This document shows positions 13,476-27,125 of a DNA stretch of 64,000 bases, in pieces; position 1 is the first letter of the stretch; every line of letters starts with the position of its first letter. Made by a program: the position numbers and the translations under genes. Origin of the DNA: Lama glama (lineage: Eukaryota); NCBI GenBank assembly GCA_028534125.1, contig CM052816.1:36396001-36460000 (forward strand), read 5' to 3'. The notes under the pieces are model-generated. The model was not told the DNA's origin. It searched no databases and saw nothing but the letters and a program-made list of their open reading frames with translations.

Positions 13476-13994
13476 CGAGGAGACCAGGGATGCCATGAAA
13501 ACAAGTTAGTTGAATTCTACCAGGGCAGGATGTGATGTCAATTATGTCCAAACAGAAATAGCTATTGATTTCGTAAGTGGCTCTGTGTATCTGGTCTTCC
13601 CTAACTAGGTACTGGATTGCTGACTCTAAGTAATAATTGTATCTATTAGAGTTGGGTGCACTACCATAGTAATATATGAAAGGGTTCATTGAACCCAGAA
13701 CTGTACAAAAAGCAAGTGATCACTCAGGAGAAACTGTCCTACAATGTGAAATGAACTATAAACATTTTGTATAGATAAAGAAATTAAACATTGTACCTGA
13801 GTATCACTATAGAATAATTCTGACTTCAACTTTCCCATAGCACATTATTCTCAACATATATGTCTTGATTCTTATTTAGAATTTTTAGTGTTACCTTCTT
13901 CCTATGCTATTTTCTGAGGCATCCCTGAGTCCCACTTCTATTCACATATTCATCTTTTATTCATATTGTTGTTGGGATTTATTAACTTCTTGTA

Positions 13995-14262
13995 GATATA
14001 CATAGAGAATGATAAAACTATTTAAAACAAAAAAGGAAACTACAAATATAAAATTCAGGCCAGTGTTTTTGTGGGGTGTGTGTGTGCTGGGAGGTGCTGA
14101 GGGAAAGGCAGAAGGATGGGATGGGGAAGGAACACGTGGCAGAAGGGAGTTGTCAGTGAATTCACTAGTTCTTCAGTTCTATGGTTCAAGCATATTTGTT
14201 ATAGCTTTATGCTTTATAGTACACACGTGTGTTCTTTTTGGAATCAAATATGTTACAAGAAA
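13995..14262 (+). mobile_element. Old L1M (L1MD/L1ME-type) 3'UTR fragment
   Basis: 'gataaaactatttaaaacaaaaaaggaaactacaaatataaaattcagg' followed by a G-rich tract. Confidence 0.55.
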
Positions 14263-14483
14263 AATATTTTTGTTGTTTTCACTAATGTTTCTTCTGCACT
14301 AGGTATTTCTGTTCTGATATGCAAAGTTGACATGCTTAGATGTTAACTCTTCTCCAAAGTATGTGCCACTATCAGGTGCTTCATTTCATTTTCTTTTACT
14401 TCAGTTGCAAAGTTTAGGAATATGCTGACCTTTCTGAAGAGAAGGTAATTTTTCTGGGTAGAATTACTAGGGGGATTTCCACC

Positions 14484-14934
14484 TGCATTATTTTCCTAGT
14501 GCTGCTGTAATAAAGTACCACAAACTGGGTGGCTTTAAACAGAAAATATTCTCTCACAGTTCTGGAGGCTAGAAGTCACAAATCCAGGGGTGAGCAAGGC
14601 CATTCTTTCTCTAAGGCTCTAGGAGAGAATCTGCTCCATGACTTTCTCTTAGCTTTTGGTGTTGCCTGCAATTCTTGGTGATACGTGGCCTATAGACGCA
14701 ACCCTCCAATCCTTGCCTCCTATGTCACATTGGGTTCTCCCTGTATGTCTGTGTCTTTTCTTCTGATAGGACACCAGTCTCATAGGATTAGGGCTCAGCT
14801 TCATTGAGTATGACTTCATCTTAATGTGATTACAATGGCACAAAGGCCCTATTGTCAAATATAGTCAAATTCTCAGGTACCAGGGGTTAGGACTTAAGCA
14901 TATCTTTTTGAGGTTCACAGTTCACCCCATACCA
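14484..14934 (-). mobile_element. MaLR solo LTR, MLT1B/MLT1C-like
   Basis: 'tgcattattttcctagtgctgctgtaataaagtaccacaaactgggtggc...ctctcacagttctggaggctagaagtc...ggggttaggactt...caccccatacca'; TG...CA ends; flanks ccacc/ctact. Confidence 0.9.
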
Positions 14935-17714
14935 CTACTCTTTTATGGGAAAGCCATTCACTTTCTGGATTTATTTTCACTGTTGTCATAAGATTTTCTT
15001 TTTCTGGCTAGCCTTTCCCTTTCCCTGGACATTGATAGTTGAATCACATCATGTCATGTACATGTCTCCCTGTATGTAGCTTTCTGTCGCACAACACTAA
15101 GAAATAGCGACTGCTCTGACTGCTCTGTCAGTGAAGACAGTTGATAATACATTATGTTCTTAATATCATGTGGATCTGAATTTTCCACATGTAATACTTC
15201 AAAGGAAAAATAACAAATATTGATTTGAAGGTACATTAATTTAGATCCTTCATGGGCAGCTGGGCATTAGTTTTTTTGGTTTTCCCCTCTGTTTTTTTTT
15301 TTTTTCTTTTGTAACTAAGAGTTTCAAGGTGTAGATTTTCTACTAAAAGTAAATCATTTTGTTACTTATACTCAGTATTTATGGCATTTTACCATTATAA
15401 TTCTTACACTAGAATTGTTTTGGAACCTGGCGCTTGAGAGATTTTTAGGCAATTAATCATCTTTCATTGGCTCCAGTTTTTCACCCTAAATTACTCTGTT
15501 ATATTCCCCTAGCTCAATCATATGAAGTTTTGGTTATATATGTTTCTAATGTATGTATAATATATAAAAACGTGTATATGAGATTTGTATCTTGCTGGAA
15601 ATGTACTTGTCCCCTTCATGCCCCGTCACTATGGACTTAGATCTTTATCTCCTGGGAGGACTCACTCCTAGTCTGCAGGTGGTCTCCGATAGTTCATCCT
15701 TTGGTGCTACCCTTGGCTATTACTTACATTTATCACGCACTGTGACCGTTGTTTACTTTTGCTTGACATTATTTCCAGTATCACTTAGATAAAATTATTT
15801 TATTTCTTTCAAAATAAGATATAATACATTTTTAACACACAAAATTTGTAGAGAAAAGGTTACATGGATCTAAAAATATTGTATTTTTGTCTATGGCACC
15901 ACCTTAACCTGCATTTGGCTGGAGCCAGATTGACTGGTTTGCTACAGTTATGGCTAACCCTTGTTGCCCTGTATTAGAGTTTGCAAGAAGGGAAACTAGC
16001 ACCCTAAGGAGAACACACTCGCACCTTAGAGGTCTGCCAGATGACTTTGTAACTCAGAGAGCCCTTAGGAGGTTTTCAGACAAAATATTCTAACTGAGCA
16101 TTAATAAAGAAAGAAGTTTTCTTCCTGCCTAAATCATAGAAGGGCATGTTGTGATTGTTGTATTTTTTGCTTTTTTTTTTTGAGAAAGGGAGATGCTATA
16201 ATAAAATAGGACAGTTGGGTAATAACCATCATATTTCATTGTGGAAGTAAGAGTCAGACACATCCTGGAACCAGTTTTATCTTGTCACTTACTAGGTAGG
16301 GTTGTTGGCCAAGAAAGCCCAAGAGGCATTCAGCAGATTTTTTTTACCTCAAGTGTATCAATATCCATATGAATAAAATGCATTTTAGCTGGGAGAGAGG
16401 TTGTTTGTTCCCTCATCAATATCTGATCAGTAACTGTAAATCTAATAGCCTCTGCTTTTCATAACACAGTGACAATCACAGAGACCAAAACGTTAGCTAC
16501 AGATGGACATCTTTCATTACAATTTCTTTTCTTAAGATGTTTTTCATTATCCGAATAATCATCTCCATTTTCTAAAACTACAGTCTTTGAAAAACATTTT
16601 TAAACAAATATGTTCTGCAGTACTTGAAATACTTACTCTCTGATGTACCAGAAGGCTGTCTAAACTGACTATTGTCAGTACATAATATTGTCACTGGAAA
16701 AACTAAAAATATTTTATATCATTCACTGGTTGGATTTGTTAAGCTGTAGATTTTTCTTGATGTTTACGATACAGCTAACCACTCCCATCTGAAAAATGCT
16801 ACAATCATCTTTCTTCTTAAAACACAGTAAATATAAACAGGTTTTGACAATAAAAGGAAAACAAACAAAAAAACAACAAAAATAATGAAAAAACAATTTG
16901 CTATCACTGTAAATTCTTTTATGTCTCTCTTTTAAAAGAGAGCTACATCAAAAGAAGGAAGAATAACTGGAGGCAAAGAACTAGCAGAAAGGAGTAAGAA
17001 TGCAGAAAGGCATACCATCATTTAACTTGCTAACACTTGAATAATTGCAAAAGAGAGTATCTATAAATAAGTCCTTTTGGGTGTAAATCAAGAATGCTTT
17101 TCTGTATAGAATGAAATGTAAACTGGAGGAAAACATTTTGTTGAATTAGAATTTAGTTAAAGCTTTTTAGCACCCAGAAATCAGGGTTTAATCTCAGGGG
17201 CATGTTTCAAGAATGTTAAACACAGTAGCTCTTCGGGGTCTCTTACTCTTTTTAGGTTCAATTTTTGTAATTGCCTGCACATTATATCCTACAGTCATTT
17301 TTTTCTCTTTTTAATCCCTGTCAACATTCCTTTATATGTGGCAAAATGATTTTTGCCTAAGTTAGAAGAATAAAGGGAAAGAAGAGAACTCCAAAGGCCC
17401 CCTACACCTGTCCTGGCTCCCTTTACCTAAACCTGCCTGACCTTCCTCCTTTCAGCTGCAAATCAAATACTTTCAGGGCAGGGGGTAATGAAAGACACCA
17501 GAAGCGGTTCTTGTCATAGGTATATAAACCACAAATAAACTTGCTTCTTTCCATTTTACCCTCCCTGAACATATGTATGTGTGTGTGTATATATATATAC
17601 ATATATGGAACAATATCTGGAGTGTTCTCTTAAACCAGTACTTTATGAAAACATCAAAAGCTGTATTGAGAACAGCCCAAATCCACACTGTTGAAGGAGA
17701 CCTACACGAATGTG

Positions 17715-17716
<2 letters not shown>

Positions 17717-17763
<47 letters not shown>
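17717..17763. repeat. Compound microsatellite (TA)n(GA)n
   Basis: Directly visible; a related (TG)/(TA) tract lies at ~17570-17606. Confidence 0.95.
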
Positions 17764-20700
17764 TATATACAGATATATAAATATATCTACACACATGGGC
17801 ACATGCACACATATCTATGTATTCTAAAGGAAGGAGTTGGTGGCAAATTTTAAATGTAGCAAACACTGCCCTCCATTGGAAGGTGTGATACGTGGGAGCA
17901 GTAGATTACTACTAGGGTTATCCTAGTGTGTCTGGATTTTACTCCTGGCTGCATAGGTTTCTAAGCCTGATTTTCTTGTCTTTCCAGGAATTCATGACTT
18001 GCTAACAATTATTGTAGAATTGCTTAAAGCTAGCTACAGTGACTTCACAGGTTTATACTAATGACAAACATTTTGTTCACACAATATATTATTAGTATAT
18101 TTATACTTTGTTGAGTAACCAGAAAGTTTACTTCATTTAAAATTTGTCCATTTAAACACTGAAAAATTTTGAGCTAGGAACTTTGGATTGTCTCTGTGAC
18201 ACAAGCTTTTGTAACCATCCTACTGCAAAAACATAATTACTGAATGTATTTTTTAAAAATTTTGTGAATGAAATGTATCTTGTAATTCAGAGTTTGATTT
18301 TTATCTTGGATATTTGGCTTCAAAGCCATGTGATTGAATGCATTACAGTCAACTAGAGTAGTCCTCTTTGCATTCACATGGATTTTTTGCTTGATCTGCT
18401 TGTGTCTGTGTACTATATTTTATGAGGGAGACATCGATATTATCTCTGCTACAGTGATGGGAGGAGAGTTTAAAATTTCACATGGCAAAATGGTTGCTTT
18501 CTTCTGGTTGTCTGAAAATCACACTTGGTGCTGGCTACAAAACAAATGTATAAGCCACAAACTTTTCAGAGAATACCATGAAACTTTTTTTTGGTCATTC
18601 ATTTACCCTGCTCTCAGTGCAAGCCAGCTCAATTCTTATTTAATAGTTTTGCATCTATTACTTGGTAAGTTTCCTAATTAAGTAAGTAATTTTGTGGGCA
18701 CTTACTCATTTCATCTTTAAAAAAATTGTTGATTATTTAACTTATTTTCTCTTTATTTCATTTGTAAGACTCAGCAACCATTTTAAATATAGTTTAAAAA
18801 CGCTTTAGAGCCAAAGGTAGCTACAGCCACTAAAGAAGATAGCTTTAATTACTGTCAGAAAGTTAATGCATTTTTTAAATCTGTTTATTTTCTAGTGTTA
18901 TTTTCTACGATTATTAACATGGAATAGGACAAAAGTTTTCTTCTACTTGAAGAAAAATAGGATAGTTGAATATTCTGCAGTCATTGATATTTTTCCCAAC
19001 TATTACCTAGCTTGGTGCCTAGTACATAATAACCTCTCATCAGATGCTTTATAAGTAGATATACTAAATTTATTTTCTAAAATTATATCTCTCAATCTTC
19101 CAAAGAATCATAGCTCTCTTATTATAATTGGATTTAGAGTGATTGATAGAAAGATTACTCATATATAGTTGACTTTAGGATTCTCTAGGTTTGTCAAGGA
19201 ACAATTTTTTGTAGAATATTCTATAAGTAGTATATCTGGATATAAAATTTTGTTAAATTTCATGTCCTCAACAGCATCCTTACCTACAAAATGATTATTA
19301 CACATCTATCTATACAATGCACAGTACTAACTGTGAGGACTCCTAAGACAGCTTTCCAAGGTCCTTATCCTAGGGCTAGTTCCAGGCTAATGGTATACAT
19401 CTTAATAAATGAAGGAAATTAAAAGAGGGTCAGAATTCCAAGGGATGAAATGATGGGAGAAATTATAAAGATGAAATGAGTCTTGACCTGCATTGTGAAG
19501 AAAAGGCAGATTTTTACCTGAACATGGAGAAAAGACATAAAGTGTGAGCAAATACTAAAATCAGGACACACTCCAGAATATTTTCAGGGATAATGCATTA
19601 AATAGTTATCCTTGAATAAGCTGTTTAATTAGAGAAATGGTAAGAAGTAGGTAAATGTAGATCACTGTAAGGAATTTACATTTGGTCCTGGAGGCAGATG
19701 GGATCACTGACTATTTTGACTACATAAAATAATATTTTATGTATTATTTCTTTAAGCATGAACTTCTTTCTCAAATAGCTGAAGTATGTTGCTTCTATGG
19801 TTAGAGTTTTGAAAAGGCTCATCTTTGCCTGTCTTTACATTTAATTGTCCAATTATCATTCATTTAACCTTTTAATTAGTTTTTTAAAGGAGTATCTCTA
19901 TACTTTGTATTATTTGTTCTTACTCAACTTGCAGACTTTACAGAAATTCTGATTTGGTAAACAACAAAGACATAATGAGTATCTCTCTTCTACATATAGA
20001 AGAATGACAAATTAAACTGACAAATGTGAGCTTACAAACAGCGGTATGACATCATTTAATACATTAATTTTCATTTCAGTAAGAAATTTCTTTCTCAGAG
20101 ACTGACTGCATCTTTTGATGGCATATGAAAAAGACAAAGAAACACAAGCAGCCAGAAGGTATAGAGTTTGATCTTTGGCTTTTTCAACCTCGCTATGACC
20201 AATCACAAAATTTCATGTGCAGTCTCCCAAGTCATTTGGAGTTCACCAAATCAAATTACATCTCATATTACCCCTTTACCTATCCTAACATGTTGCTCTC
20301 CCTGCGAATATGTATGATCAAATTTCCTATTGTTATACTTGTCTGGAGAGAGATGTACATTATATCCAATTCTTTCATCAATTGGTACACATTAACATAA
20401 CAAATGGCAGGTTTCTCTTTATGATCATGGGATAATGTTCTATTAGCTAGAATGTCTTCTTTTTATCCAGCTCTCAAGTAAACTATAGTTCCTTTAAAAA
20501 GTGACACATTGAGATAATCTTTCCCTCCTTTTAGAGTCTTAGTCTAAAAGCCATAGTCTGAACACTTTCTTCTTCCTATCTTGAAAATTGCAATAATATT
20601 CAAAATGTTTCACGAAAAAAAGATATTTTGAGAGAATGTTGTAACTATCAGAGTTTAATAGACTTTTTTTTTTTCCATCCAAGGTGACTAATCTTTAACA

Positions 20701-21214
20701 GTAAATGACTGTTAGGCATTGTTTGGAGAATTTCAGTATAGCGACACAAGGTAGCAATGACACTTTCTAGCATCTTCCTTGGTTATTATATGTAATCTAT
20801 TTTAGAGCATTTATTATATCTTTTAGTTTCATTCAATGCCTTCCTTGCTTGAAGCATGCTTGAAATTAGGATCGTGGATACTTCATACTGTTTTTGATTT
20901 TAGAGTTAGCTACCCAATAGCCTGCAACTATTATTTTGAATCCTTTTGACCCAGAAAGCCTGCAATGTTTATGAAGAATCTGTGTTCATGCTGAGCTCTA
21001 TTTTGTTATCTATTATAGTACTGCATTAATAATTGTGAAATATGACTACCTTGTTTTCCTATTTGTAACTGATCTTTATCTGTAGTTTATGTTTACTGAT
21101 ATTACATTTGAACTAATATATTCAAGAAGGAAACAAATAGCTAACATAGAACGTAATCATAAAATGCCCTTGAGTTATTATATAAAAACAACCCTGAGAT
21201 AATAATAATGAAAA

Positions 21215-21303
21215 TAATGAGTTAACATGTATTGAAAGATTATGATGTAGCAGAAACTATATTAAGCACTTTATAAACTCTGTCTCATTTAATTTTGAAA
21301 ACA
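21215..21303 (-). mobile_element. MIR relic, left part (split by the L1 at 21304)
   Basis: 'gttaacatgtattgaaagattatgatgtagcagaaactatattaagcacttt...tctcatttaattttgaaaac' matches reverse MIR. Confidence 0.7.
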
Positions 21304-21315
21304 GGAGAAGAGGCT

Positions 21316-21325
21316 AAGATGGCGG
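21316..21325 (+). promoter_or_regulatory. YY1-type site (AAGATGGCGG) at the L1 5' end
   Basis: Matches the YY1 consensus at about +13 of the element, the position known for mammalian L1 internal promoters. Confidence 0.75.
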
Positions 21326-21562
21326 AGTAGTAGGATGCTCAGGGCTCAACCTCTCCCACAGATACACCAAGACTCACATCCATGGACCCACTCAATCAAC
21401 CAGAGCACCTGTGGAACTTTGACAGAACATCATCCTCTTCAAAAGACAAAGACATCAAAAATCTGTTTTATTCCTACATAGGCATTAGATAGATAAATAA
21501 ATAAACTCCTTAAGGACCACAAAAGATAAGTGATACTCCATAAGCCACAGTGCAAGAGAGAT

Positions 21563-22463
21563 ATGAGCAAGATGAAGAAGCAGAGAATCCACTCCCAATT
21601 AAAAGAACAAGAGAAATTCCCTGAAAGAATGATCAATGAAATAGACATCGATAGCCTACTAGATCAAGATTTCAAAAAAGGAGTGATCAAAGTGCTGAAG
21701 GAACTAAAAGAGATAGTGTTTAGATATAAAATATGTCAAAAATAAAATGGAAGCTATAAAGAAGAGCCAAGTAGAATTGGTAAACTCATTGGCTGAGATG
21801 AAAACTGATCTAAAGGCTGTGCAAAGCAGACTAGATAATGCAGAAGAATAAATCAGTGACCTAGAAGACAGGACAATAGAAAGCACCCAATCAGAACAAC
21901 TGTGAGATAAACAAATAAAAACAAATGAAAACAACATAAGGGACCTATGGGATAATATAAAGCGTGCCAATCTTCACATAATAGGGATACTAGAAGGGGA
22001 AGAAAGATCAAAAGGGATTGAAAAGGTATTTGAAGAAATTATGACTGAAAACTTACCAAACTTAAAGAAGGAACCAGATATCCAAGTACAGGAAGTTCAG
22101 AGGGTCCCAAACAGGAAGAACCCAAACAGACCCACACCAAGACATATCATAATCAAGATGGTCAGAGCTAAGGATAAAGAAATGATCCTAAAGGCAACAA
22201 GAGAAAAGCAAAGAGTGAGTTACAAGGGAACCCCCATAAGGCTCTCAGCTGACATCTCTACACAAACACTACAGGCCAGAAGGGAGTGGCAAGATATATT
22301 CAAAGTCCTGAATGAAAAATAGATGCACTCTAGGATACTTTACCCAGTAAGGCTATCCTTTAGGATAAAAGGAGAGATAAAGAACTTCACAGACAAACAA
22401 AAACTAGAAGAGTTCAGCAACATTAAACCCATGCTAAAAGAAATATTGAAAGGTCTACTCTAA
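21563..22463 (+). pseudogene. L1 ORF1p (RNA-binding chaperone), disrupted
   Basis: MSKMKKQRIHSQLKEQEK... then ENLPNL..IQVQEVQRVP..RPTPRHIIIK..YKGTPIRLSAD..ARREW. Frameshift at ~21720-21747, in-frame stops including TAG at 22320; natural stop at 22461-22463. Confidence 0.95.
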
Positions 22464-22840
22464 ATTAAAAAGCAGCAGGATGCTACAGAAATGAGGAACT
22501 CATAACTGGAAATGTGATAACTCATGAATTACAAATAAAATAAACACAAAATTGTAAAAGAAGACATCTAAATCATTAAGAGTGGGAGAGGGAAGCAAGA
22601 AAACATAGAGTATTTTCTTTCTCTCTTTTTTAAATTTTTTGTTTTTGGTAGGATGGGTTCAAGACACAGTAATGGGCTAATAGACTTACAAAAAAGGGTA
22701 ACCACAAGCCAAAAATTTACAAGGGAGTCACAAAAATTAAATAAAATCCATGATAATACAAAGGAAAATTACCAAACCACCAAAGGAAGAAGAAAGGAAC
22801 AAAGAGGAAATACCAAGTCAACTGCAAAGATAAGTTCAAA

Positions 22841-25800
22841 ATGGCAATAAACACACATCTATCATTAATTACTGCAAATGTTAATGGACTAAATGCTCCA
22901 CTCAAAAGACACAGAGTGGTAGACTGGATAATAAAGCAAGAACCTTCCATATGCTACATACAAGAGACCCACTTTAGGGAGAAGGACACACATAGATTGA
23001 GAGTGAAAGGATGGAAAAGGATATTCCATGCAAATGGAAAAGCCAAAAAAGCAGGTGTTGCAGTACTGATTTCAGACAAAATAGACTTTAAAACAAAGGC
23101 CATAAAGAAAGATAAAGAAGAAAATTTTATAATGATTAAAGGAGTGATACAAGATGAGGATATTACACTCATTAATATATATGCACCCAATATAGGAGCA
23201 CCTAAATACATAAAACAATTACTAACAGAGATAAAGGGGGATATTGATGGGGATACAATCATAGTTGGAGACGTTAACACCACATTAACATCACTAGACA
23301 GATCTTCCAGACAGAAAATAAATAAGGCAAGAGAGAAATTAAATAATACAATAGAAAGATTTGGTGGGTATTTTCAGAGCATTATACCCACCAAAAATAG
23401 GATATACATTCTTTTCAAGTGCACATGGAACATTTTCTAGGATTGATCATGTACTTGGGCACAAAAGAAATCTCAACAATTTTAAGAAGACAGAAATTAT
23501 CTCAAGCATCTTTACTGACCACACGCCAAAAACTAGAAATCAACTACAGAAAAACAAAGGAGAAAAGAAGGAAAACATGCAGATTAAACAACATGCTATT
23601 AAAAAACCAGTGGGTCAACAATGAAATCAAAGCTGAAATTAAAAAATACCTTGAGATAAATGAAAATGAAAATACAACCACAGAAAATTTATGGAACACA
23701 GCAAAGGCAGTGCTAAGAGGAAAGTTTATAGTGATACAGTCCTTCTTCAAAAGAGAAGAACAATCTCAAAATAGACAATCTAACCCACCAACTAAAAGAA
23801 CTAGAAAAAGAAGAGCAAAAAATCCCAAAAGGCAGCAGAAGGAAGAAAATAATAAACATCAGGGAGGAAATAAACAAAAGAGAGATTTAAAAAAACACAG
23901 AAAAAATCAATCAAACCAAAAGCCGGTTTTTTGAAAAAGTAAATAAAATCTACATGCCTCTGGCCAAAATCACAAAGAAGAAAAAAGAGAGAGCACATAT
24001 AAGTAAAATAAGAAAGGAATATGGAGAAATTACAACAAACAATATAGAAATACAGAATATCATATGACAATATTATGAAAAACTATATGGAACCAAAATG
24101 GATAACCTAGAGGAGATGGACAAATTTCTGGAAACATACAGTCCACCAAGACTGAACCAAGAAGAAACTGACCACTTGAACAAACCAATCACTAGAAATT
24201 AAATCATATTAGCAATAAAAAACCTCCCTACAAATAAAAGTCCAAGACCAGACGGCTTCACTGGGGAACTCTACCAAACATACAAAGAAGGACTCATACC
24301 AGTCCTTCTCAAACTCTTCCAGAAGATTGAAAAGGAGGGAATACTCCCAAACTCATTCTATGAAGCCACCATCACCCTGATACCAATATCAGGCAAAGAC
24401 ACTACAAAAAAAGAGAATTATAGGCCAATATCACTGAAGAACATAGATGCCAAAATCCTTACCAAAATATTAGAAAATAGATTCCAACAACACATAAAAA
24501 AGATTATACATCATGACCAAGTGGGGTTCATCCCAGGGACACAAGGGTGGTTCAACATACGCAAATCAATCGATGTAATACATCACATCAACAAGAGAAA
24601 GGACAAAAACCACATGATCATCTCAATAGATGCAGAAAAAGCATTTGATAAAATTCAACCCATTTATGATAAAAACTCTCACCAAAGTGGGTATAGAGGG
24701 AACATATCTCAAAATATTAAAACTATATATGACAAACCTACGGCCAGCATAGTACTCAATGGTGAAAAACTCAAAAGCTTCCCACTAAAATCTGGTACAA
24801 GACAAGGATGCCCACTATCACCACTCCTATTCAACATAGTCTTGGAAGTCCTAGCCACAGCAATCAGGCAAGAGAGAGAAGTAAAAGGGATCCAAATTGG
24901 AAAAGAAGAGGTAGAAGTGTCACTATATGCTGATGACAAGTTACTATATATAGAAAACCCTAAAAGGTCCACACAAAAACTACTAGAGCTGATTGAAGAA
25001 TTCAGCAAGGTAGCAGGTTACAAGATTACATTCAAGAATCAGTTGCATTTCTTTACACTAATGATGAATCAACAGAAAAAGACAATAAAGAAACAATCCC
25101 CTTTAAAATAGCACCCAAAGTAATAAAATACCTAGGAATAAATCTAACCAAGGAGGTGAAAGAATTATACACAGAAAACTGTAAAACAGTGATTAAGGAA
25201 ATTAAAGAAGACTTTAAAAAGTGGAAAGATATTCCATGCTCTTGGATTGGAAGAATCAATATTGTTAAAATGGTCAGACTGCCCAAAGCAATCTACAGAT
25301 TTAATGCAATCCCTATCCAATTACCCAGGACATATTTCACAGAACTAGAACAAATCATAATAAAATTTATATGGAACCATCAAAGACCTAGAATTGCCAA
25401 AGCATTACTGAAGAGAAAGAGAGGCAGGAGGAATAACTCTCTCAGACTTCAGACAATACTGTAGAGCTACAGTAATCAAGACAGAGTGGTATTGGTACAA
25501 AAACAGACATATGGATCAATGGAAAAGAATAGAGAGCCAAGAAATGAACCCACAAACTTTTGGTCAACTGATCTTCGACAAAGGAGGCAAGAATATACAA
25601 TGGAATAAAGACAGTCTCTTCAGCAAATGGTTTTGGGAAAACTGGACAGCAGCATGTAAAACAATGAAGCTAGAACACTCCCTTATACCATACACAAAAA
25701 TAAACTCAAAATGGATCAAAGACTTAAACATAAGACAAGATACAATAAACCTCCTAGAAGAAAATATAGGCAAAACATTATCTGACATACATCTCAAAAA

Positions 25801-26644
25801 TTTTCTCCCAGAACAGTCTACTCAAGCAATATAAATAAAAGCAAGAATAAACAAATGGGAACCTAATGAAACTAATAAGCTTCTGCACAGCAAAGGAAAC
25901 CATAAGTAAAACAAGAAGACAACCTACGGAATGGGAGAAAATTTTTGCAAATGAAACCGACAAAGGCTTGATCTTCAGAATATATAAGCAGCTCATACAA
26001 CTCAGTAAGAAAAAAAACAAATCCAATCCAAAAATGGGGAGAAGACCTAAAGAAGCAATTGTCCAAGGAAGACATACAAATGATTAATAGGCACATGAAA
26101 AAATGCTCAGTATCACTAATTATCAGAGAAATGCAAATCAAAACTACAATGAGGTATATCACCTCACACCAGTCAGAATGGCCATCATTCAAAATCCACA
26201 AATGACAAATGCTGGAGAGGCTGTGGGGAAAAGGGAACCCTCCTTCACTGCTGGTGGGAGTGCAGTTTGGTGTAACCACTGTGGAAAACAGTATGGAGAT
26301 TCCTCAAAAGACTAGGAATAGACTTACCATATGACCCAGGAATACCACTCCTGAGCATATATCCAGAAGGAACCCTACTTCAAAATGACACCTGCACCCC
26401 AATGTTCATAGCAGCACTACTTACAATAGCCAAGACATGGATACAGCCTAAATGTCCATCAACAGATGACTGGATAAAGAAGAGGTGGTATATTTATACA
26501 ATGGAATACTACTCAGCCATAAAAACTGACAACATAACGCCATTTGCAGCAATGTGGATGCTCCTGGAGAATGTCATTCTAAGTGAAGTAAGCCCGAAAG
26601 AGAAAGAAAAATATCATATGAGATTGCTTATATGTGGAATCTAA
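22841..26644 (+). pseudogene. L1 ORF2p (APE endonuclease, reverse transcriptase, CCHC domain), disrupted
   Basis: [49 protein letters not shown] (24926-24937). Zinc knuckle [18 protein letters not shown] (~26209-26262). Ends ICGI*. Split over many frames. Confidence 0.97.
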
Positions 26645-27019
26645 AAAACAAACAAACAAAACATAAATACAAAACAGAAACAGACTCATAGACATAGAAT
26701 ACGAACTTGTGGTTGCCAAGGGGGCGAGGGGTGGAAAGGGATAGACTGGGATTTCAAAATGTAGAATAGATAAACAAGATTATACTGTATAGCACAGGGA
26801 AATATATACAAGATCTTATGGTAGCTGACAGAGAAAACAATGTGACAATCAATATATGTATGTTCATGTATAATTGAAAAATTGGGCTCTACATTGGAAT
26901 TTGACACAACATTGTAAAATGATTATAAATCAATAAAAAATGTAAAAAAAAAAAAAAAAGAACAAATAACCAAAATCAAAATGGAAAAAGAAAGCAAAAA
27001 AACCAAAAAACAAAAAACC

Positions 27020-27125
27020 AACTTTAGGGTAGGAAATACTACTTTTTCCATTTTTAGATGAAGGAACTTAGACACAGAAGCTAGTAGGGTGGACTATGAA
27101 AATACTTCCAAACTGACTCCAAAGA
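27020..27125 (-). mobile_element. MIR relic, right part
   Basis: 'aactttagggtagg...ccatttttagatgaaggaacttagacacagaag' is the MIR core and resumes where the left part stops. Confidence 0.7.

Larger units (their letters stand above)
21304..27019 (+). mobile_element. Near-full-length lineage-specific (camelid-type) LINE-1, retrotransposition-dead
   Basis: 5' end with YY1-type motif, short 5'UTR, ORF1, ~380-nt spacer, ORF2, 3'UTR, AATAAA at ~26932, A16 at 26944-26959 and an A-rich tail; short TSD aaaaca/aaaacca. Confidence 0.98.

Noticed and set aside
8132..24525. Segmental duplication between 8132-8582 and 24071-24525
   Set aside because: Similarity is limited to L1 sequence, with scattered substitutions and indels and unrelated flanks; these are two insertions of one family.
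21304..27019. Active L1
   Set aside because: ORF1 and ORF2 both carry several frameshifts and premature stops.
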